This document shows, one piece after another, positions 28,978 through 38,073 of a stretch of DNA of 64,000 nt; positions within the stretch are counted from its first letter, which is position 1; the number at the start of each line of letters is the position of its first letter. Source of the DNA: Staphylococcus phage vB_StaM_PB50; sequence record OR770614.1; one strand, 5' to 3'. Below the pieces are notes generated by a model. It did not search any database and was not told the origin of the DNA. It saw only the letters and a list, made by a program, of their open reading frames with translations. The position numbers were made by a program, and so were the translations under genes.

Positions 28978-30600
28978 TTAATCTTCTCCTTCTTCTACAA
29001 TTTCTTTAATGTCCATAATAACTTCCTGATCATCATTTTCTTTCTCTAATTTATCAATATTTTCAATATCTTCAATTTCTTTGATATTAGGTTTATTTTC
29101 AAAATAGAATGAACCATTCTCACCAGGATCTTTAACTTCACAGAATGGAGTTAACGTACGAGTAATACCTGGATTATTTGATGAAGTAGCAATCAAATCA
29201 ATTCTACCGAAATAAGTGTTATTGATATTGATTGTTCTAATAGATGGTTTACTAGTGTCTACAGCTGATTGTGGACCTGCTTTAGTCATTTTAAGAATTC
29301 TAGTAAATAAATCAATTGTATTAACTGCATTAGAATAACGTATACCATCAGAAGTTCCAATAGTTTTCAATAGATAATCTCTAGGTACTCCTGAGAATAA
29401 ACCTTTAAGGTTTTTAATAGTACGTTTTTTATCTGAGAAGTTAATCATACGGTAAGATGTATCAGAATTTTTTCTATTCAGTGGATAAGTTAAGTATTCT
29501 AATACTCTTAATCGTTTATTAGCTAAATCTGTATTATCTAATAAGTTAAGATTATCAAAGTTCTTAAACATGTATTTAACCACATGATAAGTTGATTCTT
29601 TATCTTCTTTTTCTAATCGTGATATAGCTTGAGTACGACTATCTAATATACGATCAAATGAAAGTATCATTGAATTCGCTTTATCTATTTTAGTGTCAAT
29701 ATTAGTTGAACCACTGAAGATAGAACCTAAAGCCTTTAACCAGAATTCTCTATCGTATATTTTATCTAATCCAGCTCTCATTCCTTTGAATAAATCTTTA
29801 ATACAAAGGATCATAGAATTTCTATAACGATCATCAACATCTAACCATTCTTTTTCAACTTTTAAAGAAAGTTTATTATTAATTTTAAAGTAATAGTAAT
29901 TATCTTCTTTATCATCATTAATATCTATTACTTCACAATGGTCTTTAATTTCTAAAAATTCAAATGTTTCGTCAAATCCCATTTTTGCAACAAAGAACAT
30001 AAATGCTGGAACACTCTTATTTTTATTGAACACTTCTAGATATAGAGTTCTCCCTCTTTGGAAATTAGACATCTTATTATCGTCATCCATAATAGTGTCT
30101 TTTTTAGAACCATTGACTGATAGTGGTTGCAATAAGTTTTTCATTACTACAGTACTAGCTTTTGGTTTATAAAATTCAGCATCAGCTAATTGTAGAATTG
30201 GGAAAAATTTGTTATTATTGATATAGTAGTATTGACCTTCAATAAGTTCAGGGAAATCTAATTTGTGTGTATATTCTTCTTTATTACCTTCTGAATCTTC
30301 AAATTCTACTGTAATTTGAACTTCCAGTAATTTAGATTCTTCAACATTGATTTTTCTATAATCTTTAGATTTAAGTTGTTTATCTGTCATTTGATTATAT
30401 TCATAAACCTGACTTGGTGAAACAACTTTACAATCTAAGAATTTAATTCCTTTAATAAATTCTACTGATCGATAAATATCTGAAATGATTTTTTCTAAAC
30501 TTTCATTTTGTCTGAAATAAATTACGTCTTCGTTAAATGGTTCTTTTTTGCTAATGTCTTCGTTGATGTTCTTTGTAACTTTACTTAAGTATTTACTCAA
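28978..30600 (-). CDS. RNA polymerase beta N-terminal fragment
   Basis: 540 aa, TTG start after GGAGAGTG RBS; ANKRLRVLEY (cf. HKRRISALG) and IRTININNTYFGRIDLIATSSNNPGI (cf. [27 protein letters not shown]); stop overlaps start of beta-prime-N. Confidence 0.75.
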   Translation of the reverse strand: MSKYLSKVTKNINEDISKKEPFNEDVIYFRQNESLEKIISDIYRSVEFIKGIKFLDCKVVSPSQVYEYNQMTDKQLKSKDYRKINVEESKLLEVQITVEFEDSEGNKEEYTHKLDFPELIEGQYYYINNNKFFPILQLADAEFYKPKASTVVMKNLLQPLSVNGSKKDTIMDDDNKMSNFQRGRTLYLEVFNKNKSVPAFMFFVAKMGFDETFEFLEIKDHCEVIDINDDKEDNYYYFKINNKLSLKVEKEWLDVDDRYRNSMILCIKDLFKGMRAGLDKIYDREFWLKALGSIFSGSTNIDTKIDKANSMILSFDRILDSRTQAISRLEKEDKESTYHVVKYMFKNFDNLNLLDNTDLANKRLRVLEYLTYPLNRKNSDTSYRMINFSDKKRTIKNLKGLFSGVPRDYLLKTIGTSDGIRYSNAVNTIDLFTRILKMTKAGPQSAVDTSKPSIRTININNTYFGRIDLIATSSNNPGITRTLTPFCEVKDPGENGSFYFENKPNIKEIEDIENIDKLEKENDDQEVIMDIKEIVEEGED

Positions 30601-30694
30601 TTATCCGACACTCTCCCTCTTGGTAATAAAAAACTTTATAAGTTATGAGTTATTTCTGTTTTTTATTTTTTTATAAAATGAAAACTCATAACAA

Positions 30695-30710
30695 TATTAT
30701 ATCATAAAAC
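30695..30710 (-). promoter_or_regulatory. candidate sigma-A-type extended -10 promoter (TGATATAAT) for beta-N/beta-prime-N operon
   Basis: minus-strand TTATGATATAATATTG about 100 nt upstream of beta-N start; 10-bp inverted repeat GTTATGAGTT/AACTCATAAC (about 30642-30692) in the leader. Confidence 0.35.
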
Positions 30711-30783
30711 TTAGAAAAAAGCTAGGAAAATAATTAAATTTTTCTAAATTTTTTAAAAATAAATGAAAGAAAGGAAACTAAAA

Positions 30784-31095
30784 ATGAATAGACAAATTCA
30801 AGATCAAAAACATTTCTTCCGTGAATGGTCTAAACGAACTGGTTTATCTCAAAGAGAATTAGTAGATGCTTATTCAGAAATGATTGATATTTTAGTTGAA
30901 TCAGCTAATGATTCAGATCAAACTAAAACTATTATTCCTGAAATCGGTGTTTTAGAAGTTAAACCTGAAGATATGCGTAAACGTAGAAATCCAAGAACTA
31001 ATCAAATTGTAGTTACTGAACCTACACGTAAAGCACACATTCGTTTATACCCTAGACTTAAAAATAGATTTAAACCGGATGAATTAGAGAAATAA
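30784..31095 (+). CDS. HU/IHF-family DNA-binding protein
   Basis: IGVLEVKPEDMRKRRNPRTNQIVVTEPTRKAHIRLYPRLKNRF matches the HU beta-arm signature (GFGxF..R..R.GRNPxTGe.i.I.a....F..gk.LK); AGGAAA RBS favours ATG at 30784 over ORF-track 30763; lone plus-strand gene. Confidence 0.75.
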   Translation: MNRQIQDQKHFFREWSKRTGLSQRELVDAYSEMIDILVESANDSDQTKTIIPEIGVLEVKPEDMRKRRNPRTNQIVVTEPTRKAHIRLYPRLKNRFKPDELEK

Positions 31096-31108
31096 AAATA
31101 ATTTAAAA

Positions 31109-31138
31109 GCCATAATATACTTATTTGTATATTATGGC
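31109..31138. terminator. bidirectional rho-independent terminator
   Basis: perfect 12-bp stem GCCATAATATAC/GTATATTATGGC, 6-nt loop, T-rich downstream; between convergent HU gene and 31146..31424. Confidence 0.75.
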
Positions 31139-31145
31139 AATTTTA

Positions 31146-31424
31146 TTATTCATTCTCATTAATGTCTTCTTTAGTTTCTTTTCTTTTAATAGTTAAATTA
31201 AGTACTTTTCTGAAGAATTTAATTTTAAGATTTAATAAGAAATTATTATCTGATTTAATCTTAACATCAAACTTCTGTTCTTTATCTTCTTCAGTTTCAG
31301 GTAAAGTAACAAATTCAAAGTCTACTCTTTCTAAGTCTTTTCTAGATAATAATTCTTTCTTTTGTTTTTCATTAAGTTTTAACCCTAATCTTTTTTCTAA
31401 TTTCTTTTGTTTTCTTTTATTCAT
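31146..31424 (-). CDS. hypothetical lysine-rich protein
   Basis: 92-aa ORF. Confidence 0.45.
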   Translation of the reverse strand: MNKRKQKKLEKRLGLKLNEKQKKELLSRKDLERVDFEFVTLPETEEDKEQKFDVKIKSDNNFLLNLKIKFFRKVLNLTIKRKETKEDINENE

Positions 31425-31454
31425 ATTTAATAAGTCATCTCCATATTATAATTA

Positions 31455-31838
31455 TTAATCTTTATAGTCTGGTTTAGCTGGAATCCACATTTTAGGATTG
31501 TAATTAATTTCATACTGATATTTGCTAACATTCTTAGTTGTTACATCTTCGACAGTATATGAAACATTATCAGATAAACCAATGATGTGTTTTTGGTATT
31601 TACCATCTTCATTTTCTACAACTATTTCTAACTGGTTATCTTCTTTATCCGCTTTAATAGACATGCGTCCAGACATCTGAAAAATAATATCGTTCTTAAT
31701 AGCATTTATGACAGTTACTTTTCTAACCACATTAAAATTATCTGACTCTTCAGACATATTTTGACTAACCTTATCTGCTTGAGAGCACCCTGCTAATAAT
31801 AAAACTAATAATAATGGTAATACTAAAAATTTCTTCAT
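31455..31838 (-). CDS. lipoprotein
   Basis: MKKFLVLPLLLVLLLAGCSQ signal peptide with lipobox; AAAGGAGAAAAC RBS; promoter cassette upstream. Confidence 0.6.
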   Translation of the reverse strand: MKKFLVLPLLLVLLLAGCSQADKVSQNMSEESDNFNVVRKVTVINAIKNDIIFQMSGRMSIKADKEDNQLEIVVENEDGKYQKHIIGLSDNVSYTVEDVTTKNVSKYQYEINYNPKMWIPAKPDYKD

Positions 31839-31871
31839 GATTGTTTTCTCCTTTGATTGGTTTTAATATAT

Positions 31872-31930
31872 TAGAGGTAATGATAAATAATATATCATTA
31901 CCTCATTTTTATAATATATATTTAAATAAT
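31872..31930 (-). promoter_or_regulatory. promoter-like motif + hairpin cassette
   Basis: TTAAATATATATTATAAAAAT + GAGGTAATGATATATTATTTATCATTACCTC + TAATATATTAAAACC.. + RBS of lipoprotein gene; motif abuts stop codon of upstream gene. Confidence 0.5.
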
Positions 31931-32143
31931 ATCTTCTTCGTAACTAGGAATAATTAATTCTTGTTCTAATAAATTATCTAACTTACTTTTTTCTAATATA
32001 AATCCATTACCATCTTTATCTGAATATAAAAGTAATTCAGATTCACCATCAATAAAGTTTTTTAAACCTCTACGGTGTAAAAAGAATTTTCTTTCGTTTC
32101 TCTTATATTCAAATGAGAATGGTACTTTTCCTTCTTCCATCAT
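31922..32143 (-). CDS. hypothetical protein
   Basis: 73-aa ORF. Confidence 0.45.
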   Translation of the reverse strand: MMEEGKVPFSFEYKRNERKFFLHRRGLKNFIDGESELLLYSDKDGNGFILEKSKLDNLLEQELIIPSYEEDII

Positions 32144-32433
32144 ACTACAACATCTCCATCTTTAGTTTCAATATTCTTTGAATTTAATTCAATACTAAAA
32201 TTCTTAATATGATTCAAGTGATTTAATTTTAATTTATTTTTAAAACTTTCCTTATCAATACTTTCGATATTATAAGTATTCAATATCATTTGCATTGTAG
32301 TAAAGTTTTCTGAATCATATATTTCTAATAACGTAATCTCTAATTTATTAATAGCTTCTTCAAATGTATCAAATGTAAATGATTCAATTATTTTTCTATT
32401 AAATTTTAATTTAAATCCATATACTCTTTTCAT
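32140..32433 (-). CDS. hypothetical protein
   Basis: 97-aa ORF. Confidence 0.45.
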   Translation of the reverse strand: MKRVYGFKLKFNRKIIESFTFDTFEEAINKLEITLLEIYDSENFTTMQMILNTYNIESIDKESFKNKLKLNHLNHIKNFSIELNSKNIETKDGDVVV

Positions 32434-32454
32434 TTAAATTCTCCTCCTTTCTAT

Positions 32455-33105
32455 TTAACTAAATAAAGAATTTACAAATATAGATCTATATTCTTTAATC
32501 GTAATCTCTTTATTATAATTGAAGAATACATTTTTAGACTGCTTTAAAGTTAAAAAGAATTCAGCTAATGTTAATGCTTTAAGATATTGCTTTTCATTGT
32601 CTCTATTTTGTTTAAATAAATTAATGAATATATCTTCAATTCCTATTTCTTTAAAATTATCTGTATATAATTCTTCTTTAATATCCTTCTCTACATATGG
32701 TACTTTAGTTATTGTAAAATATGCATTATTAGTTTTAACTAAGTTATTTGAATCTAATAAATCATCTATTTCCGGTTCAGTAAGACTATTAATTTCTTTA
32801 AAATCTCTGAAATTACTTACTTTTTTAATATTCTCTTTTATTAAATTTAATGTCTGATGATTTACTATTTTACTATAGAAATTCATAGTAGTTCTTTCAT
32901 TTGAGAATATATTTTCTTCCAATATTAAAGAATAACTAGCATTATTAATCATTAAAGCATTACTATTTTCTGTAATATCCAATTGCTTTTCAATTTGTTC
33001 CATTATATCTTTATCGTAATCTATAAGTAGAACAATTGTATTTAAATTCTTTTTATACGTATTCCTAGACTTTCTTTGAAAATTAATTAAGTACATTATA
33101 ACCAA
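32455..33105 (-). CDS. hypothetical protein
   Basis: 216-aa ORF. Confidence 0.5.
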   Translation of the reverse strand: MVIMYLINFQRKSRNTYKKNLNTIVLLIDYDKDIMEQIEKQLDITENSNALMINNASYSLILEENIFSNERTTMNFYSKIVNHQTLNLIKENIKKVSNFRDFKEINSLTEPEIDDLLDSNNLVKTNNAYFTITKVPYVEKDIKEELYTDNFKEIGIEDIFINLFKQNRDNEKQYLKALTLAEFFLTLKQSKNVFFNYNKEITIKEYRSIFVNSLFS

Positions 33106-33169
33106 ACTATATCACCACACTTATATATTAATGAATTTATAATAATTACACGTTAGTTTCATTTATTAA

Positions 33170-33598
33170 TTATTTAAATGAATTCGTTACGATTAAATTA
33201 TTAAATTGCTTTTCAGTTAATATATCTTTCAAGTATCGATGAAAAGTTTCTTTAAAATCATATACTATATACTTATCATTTTCTTTTACTAATGCACATA
33301 TATGACTATAATCATTTTCTTTTAATAACATTTTATTTAAAGTAGCATAATCAATTTTTCCATCATCAAAATATATTATTGACTTAAAAGATGGTTTAAT
33401 TATTGTTTCATAAAAACTATCAAATGATTCCATATATAAATCTTTATCATCTTTAAAACTAGTACTACTAAAAAATACTTGTCTCATTACAGGATAAATA
33501 AACGACCTCAATACTTTATATTTTTTTATTTGAATTGATAAATCGTTATAATTGAAATATTCAGCATTTGGATTATTATCTCTCATTATCTTTTTCAC
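33170..33598 (-). CDS. hypothetical protein (probable KExFK-tail family)
   Basis: 142 aa; C-terminus TEKQFNNLIVTNSFK. Confidence 0.5.
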   Translation of the reverse strand: MKKIMRDNNPNAEYFNYNDLSIQIKKYKVLRSFIYPVMRQVFFSSTSFKDDKDLYMESFDSFYETIIKPSFKSIIYFDDGKIDYATLNKMLLKENDYSHICALVKENDKYIVYDFKETFHRYLKDILTEKQFNNLIVTNSFK

Positions 33599-33620
33599 CT
33601 CTCTTTAAATAAATATTTTA

Positions 33621-33678
33621 GAAAGATGTATAAATATCATACATCTCTCACAATTTTATAATATATATTTAAATTGAG
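33621..33678 (-). promoter_or_regulatory. promoter-like motif + hairpin cassette
   Basis: TTTAAATATATATTATAAAATTG then hairpin GAGATGTAT..ATACATCTC. Confidence 0.45.
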
Positions 33679-33681
33679 TTT

Positions 33682-34131
33682 TTACTTAAATGAATCTTTT
33701 ACCATAATATTTTTATACTGTTTCTCTGTTATTTCATCAAAGTGTTCCATATACAAATTATGATTTAAAAAATTAATATTAAATCTTGGCATAGTCATTA
33801 CTGTATTTACTTCATTATTAATAATTAAATCTACATGAATTAAAGATTTAGCATCTTCATATTTTCTATTAACAAATACTATTGGATTATTCTCTATTTC
33901 ATGATTAACTTTTTCAGTTAGACTTTCAAATCCAAGTTTAGGGTAAATATCTTTGTTTTTCATTTTATTAATTTCATCTAATGTAAAACAAAAATCTGCA
34001 CCATTGCAATATTTGACAATGAAGTTTTTATTTTTTATGTCTTTTTTAATAAGTGGGGTTTTAAGTCCAGGCATAACATCTAAACCTAAAAATTTAATAT
34101 AACCATCTTTATTTAATCTATAATATTTCAT
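33682..34131 (-). CDS. MKYYK/KExFK-tail paralog family protein (tandem array 1/5)
   Basis: MKYYRLNKDGYIKFLGLD...EITEKQYKNIMVKDSFK. Confidence 0.6.
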   Translation of the reverse strand: MKYYRLNKDGYIKFLGLDVMPGLKTPLIKKDIKNKNFIVKYCNGADFCFTLDEINKMKNKDIYPKLGFESLTEKVNHEIENNPIVFVNRKYEDAKSLIHVDLIINNEVNTVMTMPRFNINFLNHNLYMEHFDEITEKQYKNIMVKDSFK

Positions 34132-34145
34132 ATTATAAAACCTCT

Positions 34146-34616
34146 TTATTTAAAAATTTCTTTAATTTTATTAGCTTTATATTCCTTTTCAGTTATTTTT
34201 ATATAATCTTCATTAATTATTAATTCCATTTTATTAATACCTTCTAAATTGAATGTAAATTTATCGTTATATCCATGATTTCTTATATTATCATATATTT
34301 CATTCAAAGTTTCTTCACCGGTTAAATGCATGCTATTTTCCCATATTGCATAACTTTTAAGATCAATCCAGTAATTCACGTACGTGTTTTCTTCTTCATC
34401 TCTTAAAAAATTAGTTTCTATTTTTATAGGAAAATCTTTAATTAAATCAATTAATATAATTTCTTCATCTTCTTTTACATATAAAGATTCTAATAATTCA
34501 ATATCTTTACCGTCTTTCTTAAGATACCAATTTCTTTCCATTAATTGAGAATATACATCAGGATCAATAAATAAAATTTTAGATATTCCACTTTGGGTCA
34601 TTTTATAATATTTCAT
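34146..34616 (-). CDS. MKYYK/KExFK-tail paralog family protein (2/5)
   Basis: MKYYKMTQSGISKILFID...KITEKEYKANKIKEIFK. Confidence 0.6.
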   Translation of the reverse strand: MKYYKMTQSGISKILFIDPDVYSQLMERNWYLKKDGKDIELLESLYVKEDEEIILIDLIKDFPIKIETNFLRDEEENTYVNYWIDLKSYAIWENSMHLTGEETLNEIYDNIRNHGYNDKFTFNLEGINKMELIINEDYIKITEKEYKANKIKEIFK

Positions 34617-34634
34617 TTTATATCTACTCCTTTT

Positions 34635-35087
34635 TTATTTAAAAGTTTCTTTGACCTTTAGATCTTTATACTCTTTTTCGGATACTTCTTCATAGTCAAT
34701 CCCTTCTGAGAGACTATATACACCTTCCTTTAATTTTTCAATTGAAAATTTTGTTTTAGATATTTTTTTATTTATTTTGTTATATATTTTTAATAAAGAA
34801 CTATTTTCATTCATTTTCATATTACTAACTTTACATATATGAAATTCTTCTTCTCCAATAAATACATACATATAACCATCTACATACATTTTTTCCTTTG
34901 GTCCTTTTCGAACACTATATTCTATACTTGGTGTTTTGTTTTCAATAATTTCTGATATACTAATTTCTTCATCTTCTCTTAAATAAAGATCTTCTTTTCT
35001 GAATAAATTATTGTAACAGTATACCATTTCACTATTAATACCTAAAATTTCAGACATTCCATATTGATTTATTTTATAATATTTCAT
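34635..35087 (-). CDS. MKYYK/KExFK-tail paralog family protein (3/5)
   Basis: MKYYKINQYGMSEILGIN...EVSEKEYKDLKVKETFK. Confidence 0.6.
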   Translation of the reverse strand: MKYYKINQYGMSEILGINSEMVYCYNNLFRKEDLYLREDEEISISEIIENKTPSIEYSVRKGPKEKMYVDGYMYVFIGEEEFHICKVSNMKMNENSSLLKIYNKINKKISKTKFSIEKLKEGVYSLSEGIDYEEVSEKEYKDLKVKETFK

Positions 35088-35103
35088 AATTTATTTCTCC
35101 TTT

Positions 35104-35535
35104 TTATTTAAAACTTTCTTTGATTTTATTATCTTTATATTCTTTTTCAGTAATTTCTACATATTGGATATTCTCTTTTAAATCATAAATTTCTTTATCT
35201 CTGCTAAAAATAAAATCTTTATTAAAAACTAAATCTTCTGCATGTTTATGAACTTCTTCAAGTGTATGATGTTTAAAATTATCTAAAATAATCTCTACAC
35301 TATTCGTTAAATATCCGCCTTTCATTTCTAAGTGAGCATCCATAGTTAAAGGTCTATTTGAATTTGTAAAGACGTTGAAATTAAGCTTTAAATTATCTTG
35401 ATCTTTAATCAAGTAACGTGTTTTAATGACTTCATTTTCTTCAAAACAAAAATTTTGTTTAAGATTATCATAACCACCACCATAAGTTTCTAAAATTTGA
35501 ACTACACCATCATTTATTAATTTATAATATTTCAT
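35104..35535 (-). CDS. MKYYK/KExFK-tail paralog family protein (4/5)
   Basis: ORF-track N-terminal 25 aa read through a 13-bp hairpin ATCCCAATACCTA/TAGGTATTGGGAT; AAAAGGAGATAT RBS precedes MKYYKLINDGVVQIL; ends EITEKEYKDNKIKESFK. Confidence 0.55.
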   Translation of the reverse strand: MKYYKLINDGVVQILETYGGGYDNLKQNFCFEENEVIKTRYLIKDQDNLKLNFNVFTNSNRPLTMDAHLEMKGGYLTNSVEIILDNFKHHTLEEVHKHAEDLVFNKDFIFSRDKEIYDLKENIQYVEITEKEYKDNKIKESFK

Positions 35536-35626
35536 TTTATAATATATCTCCTTTTTATTTATATAATAAAATATCCCAATACCTATTAATTTAGGTATTG
35601 GGATTATCATAATTTATTTCTCCTCT

Positions 35627-36076
35627 TTATTTAAAGTTTTCTTTAACTTTATTTTGATAGTATTCTTTTTTAGATATTTCAATATAATGAATATCCTTCA
35701 ATAATTTAACTCCAATTTTTTCAAAATTAGTGAATGAAAATACATCATTCACTAATTTTCTTTTAATGATTTTAAATAATTCATTATCACACATTTTAGT
35801 ATCTTTTAAATTAATATTAATGCTATAAAGCATAGGAATATCATTATCTTTTTTATCTATAATTAAACAAGCTTTTCCTTTTTCATAACCTTTGTTAGAA
35901 ATATCAATTGAATTAACTTTTTCATCATAATCTTTTTCTATAAAATTGTAAAAAGGAATTTCTTCATCTTCTGTTAGATAAATATATCCACTTTTAAATA
36001 TATCAATAATATTGTTGGATCCATGTATACCTAATACTTCTGACATTCCTTTTTTATTAAGTTTATAATATTTCAT
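35627..36076 (-). CDS. MKYYK/KExFK-tail paralog family protein (5/5)
   Basis: MKYYKLNKKGMSEVLGIHG...EISKKEYYQNKVKENFK. Confidence 0.6.
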   Translation of the reverse strand: MKYYKLNKKGMSEVLGIHGSNNIIDIFKSGYIYLTEDEEIPFYNFIEKDYDEKVNSIDISNKGYEKGKACLIIDKKDNDIPMLYSININLKDTKMCDNELFKIIKRKLVNDVFSFTNFEKIGVKLLKDIHYIEISKKEYYQNKVKENFK

Positions 36077-36077
36077 A

Positions 36078-38069
36078 TTATAATAGCTCTCCTTTGGAAT
36101 CTTCTACATTAATGATATTAATACCTTTTTCCTTAGCTTTCTTAATTTTAGTTGAACCTGAATTTGGATCCGGAGTAACTAATAAATCAGTCTTACCTGA
36201 AACTGATGAAGTTACTTTATGACCTTTAAGTTCTAACTGTTCTTTAAATTCAGCATCTCTAAATCCACTAAATACGATATTCATTGGCTCAACTGAATCA
36301 TCTTTATTAGCTTCCATTTCTTTTTTAAGTGATTTAACATCCAATTCATTAAATAAGAATTCAATTAAATCTTTATTCTGTTTATAACCGTTAATAATAA
36401 TCTCAGCAGTGATATCAGCGATTCCTTTAATAGAAGTTAAATCTTTAATACTTAAATCTGTATAATCTATTTCTTGTGGATCATAGACTTTAGTAACTAA
36501 TTTAAATGTAGTTCTTCCAACTCCGTTTAATCCTAATGAACCTAATACATCATAGTCATAATATTCTTTATTTTTATGAATTGTATTAATAATATTCTGA
36601 GCTGATTTTTCTTTAAATGTATCTACTTGCATGATATCATTTTTATCAATTTCATATAAACTTTGAATTCCATTAGGTAGTTTGTTACCTTTATAAAGTT
36701 TATTAATAGTAGAATATTCAATTCCTTTAATATCCATTTTATCCACATAATTGTTAATAATACCTAGTACTCTACATTCACAATCGTTATTAATGCATGA
36801 TACAAATGTTTCATTTTCATTAACCTCAAGTTCTTCCCCACAGTATACACACTCTTTAATGAACGGTATAGGTTCTCCAGTAATTTCGTTAGTAGGAGAC
36901 GGAGTTAAATAGCTTAAAACATCATTACGATACTCAATAATAACTTCTTGACCTTTAACTAATTGAAGTTCTTTAAATCGTTTATAGTTAGCAATTGAAA
37001 CACGTTCACATTTAGCACCATTAAAATAAATAGGTTCAAATCTAACTACAGGCGTGTAACGACCAGTTCCATTTTCAGACACATCAAATTCAATATCAAT
37101 AACATTAGTTTTCTTAGTCATATACGGAAATTTTAAAGCTACATCAAATTTATTACGATCATTTAATCTACCTAAACGATTTCTATCATCTTCATCAAGA
37201 GCTTCAATAACTAAACCATCAATCATGTATTCATAATACTCTCTTTCATCAGCTATTTGATGATATAATTCATTAAAGTCTTTATAATCGTGTTCATCTT
37301 CCATAACAAAATTATACTGTGGATCAAGTTGATCAAATACAGTACTATGACTAGTAATTGCTGAAATTAGATTTAATTCTTCTTGTCGAGTTAACTCTTT
37401 ATTGCTAATATTAATTCTCAATGGTAATAAATTAATTAATTTACGTTTCTTATATCCATCATCTGAGTTTAATAATCCGGCAACAATTGATCTAGGATTA
37501 GCATACTCCTCATCAATCTTATTAAAGTTACTATAACTCATTACTGCTTCACACTTAATAGCGATATCAATATTATCTTCAGATAAATCAACTGCATTAA
37601 TATCTACATCTGATTTTTTAATTTTAATATGGCTAAAGAAATCAGTTAAGTCAGCTCCTTTTCCATCTTTTCCTCTTGTTAAAGCTGATTTAGTTACTAA
37701 ATAATCTCCCTTAGTAGTTAAAATAACTAAAACACTATTACCGTCATATTTTTGAGTAATTAATAATTGTTTACCATTTAAACCTTTATCATATATCCAT
37801 TCTGATAGTTCTTCTACAGAATTAACCTTAGAAACTGTTCCTACTAATTCAGGATATTCATGAGAAACATCTACTAACTTTTTACCTTTAGAAGGTAAAG
37901 CTCCACCATTAAATGGTCTATATCGTTCATATTCTCTTAATAATTTGTCAAACTCTTCATCTGTTAACTCTGGTTGATCTGATGTGTTATAATATACATA
38001 AGATTGATCCTCTAAATATTTTTGTACTTCATCTAAATTACTTTCATTTACTTCGTTAAATTTTGTCAT
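36078..38069 (-). CDS. ligA: NAD-dependent DNA ligase (LigA-type)
   Basis: 663 aa; adenylation KxDG motif (ITQKYDGNSV); OB/Zn/HhH architecture by length; C-terminal BRCT-like segment (VFSGFRDAEFKEQLELKGHKVTSSVSGKTDLLV). Confidence 0.85.
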   Translation of the reverse strand: MTKFNEVNESNLDEVQKYLEDQSYVYYNTSDQPELTDEEFDKLLREYERYRPFNGGALPSKGKKLVDVSHEYPELVGTVSKVNSVEELSEWIYDKGLNGKQLLITQKYDGNSVLVILTTKGDYLVTKSALTRGKDGKGADLTDFFSHIKIKKSDVDINAVDLSEDNIDIAIKCEAVMSYSNFNKIDEEYANPRSIVAGLLNSDDGYKKRKLINLLPLRINISNKELTRQEELNLISAITSHSTVFDQLDPQYNFVMEDEHDYKDFNELYHQIADEREYYEYMIDGLVIEALDEDDRNRLGRLNDRNKFDVALKFPYMTKKTNVIDIEFDVSENGTGRYTPVVRFEPIYFNGAKCERVSIANYKRFKELQLVKGQEVIIEYRNDVLSYLTPSPTNEITGEPIPFIKECVYCGEELEVNENETFVSCINNDCECRVLGIINNYVDKMDIKGIEYSTINKLYKGNKLPNGIQSLYEIDKNDIMQVDTFKEKSAQNIINTIHKNKEYYDYDVLGSLGLNGVGRTTFKLVTKVYDPQEIDYTDLSIKDLTSIKGIADITAEIIINGYKQNKDLIEFLFNELDVKSLKKEMEANKDDSVEPMNIVFSGFRDAEFKEQLELKGHKVTSSVSGKTDLLVTPDPNSGSTKIKKAKEKGINIINVEDSKGELL

Positions 38070-38073
38070 TATC

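Noticed and set aside
27847-30600. Inteins in the RNAP subunits as an alternative explanation for interrupted homology
   Set aside because: No Hint-domain blocks (C/S..TxxH..HN-C/S/T). Interruptions contain stop codons and group I RNA core elements. Introns explain the data.
7795-36076. C-terminal (V/I)KE|xFK tail of the paralog family as a prohead-protease (T4 gp21-like L/I-x-E) cleavage or packaging signal
   Set aside because: Cleavage would remove only 3 residues. No supporting evidence. Kept only as a conserved terminal motif of unknown role.
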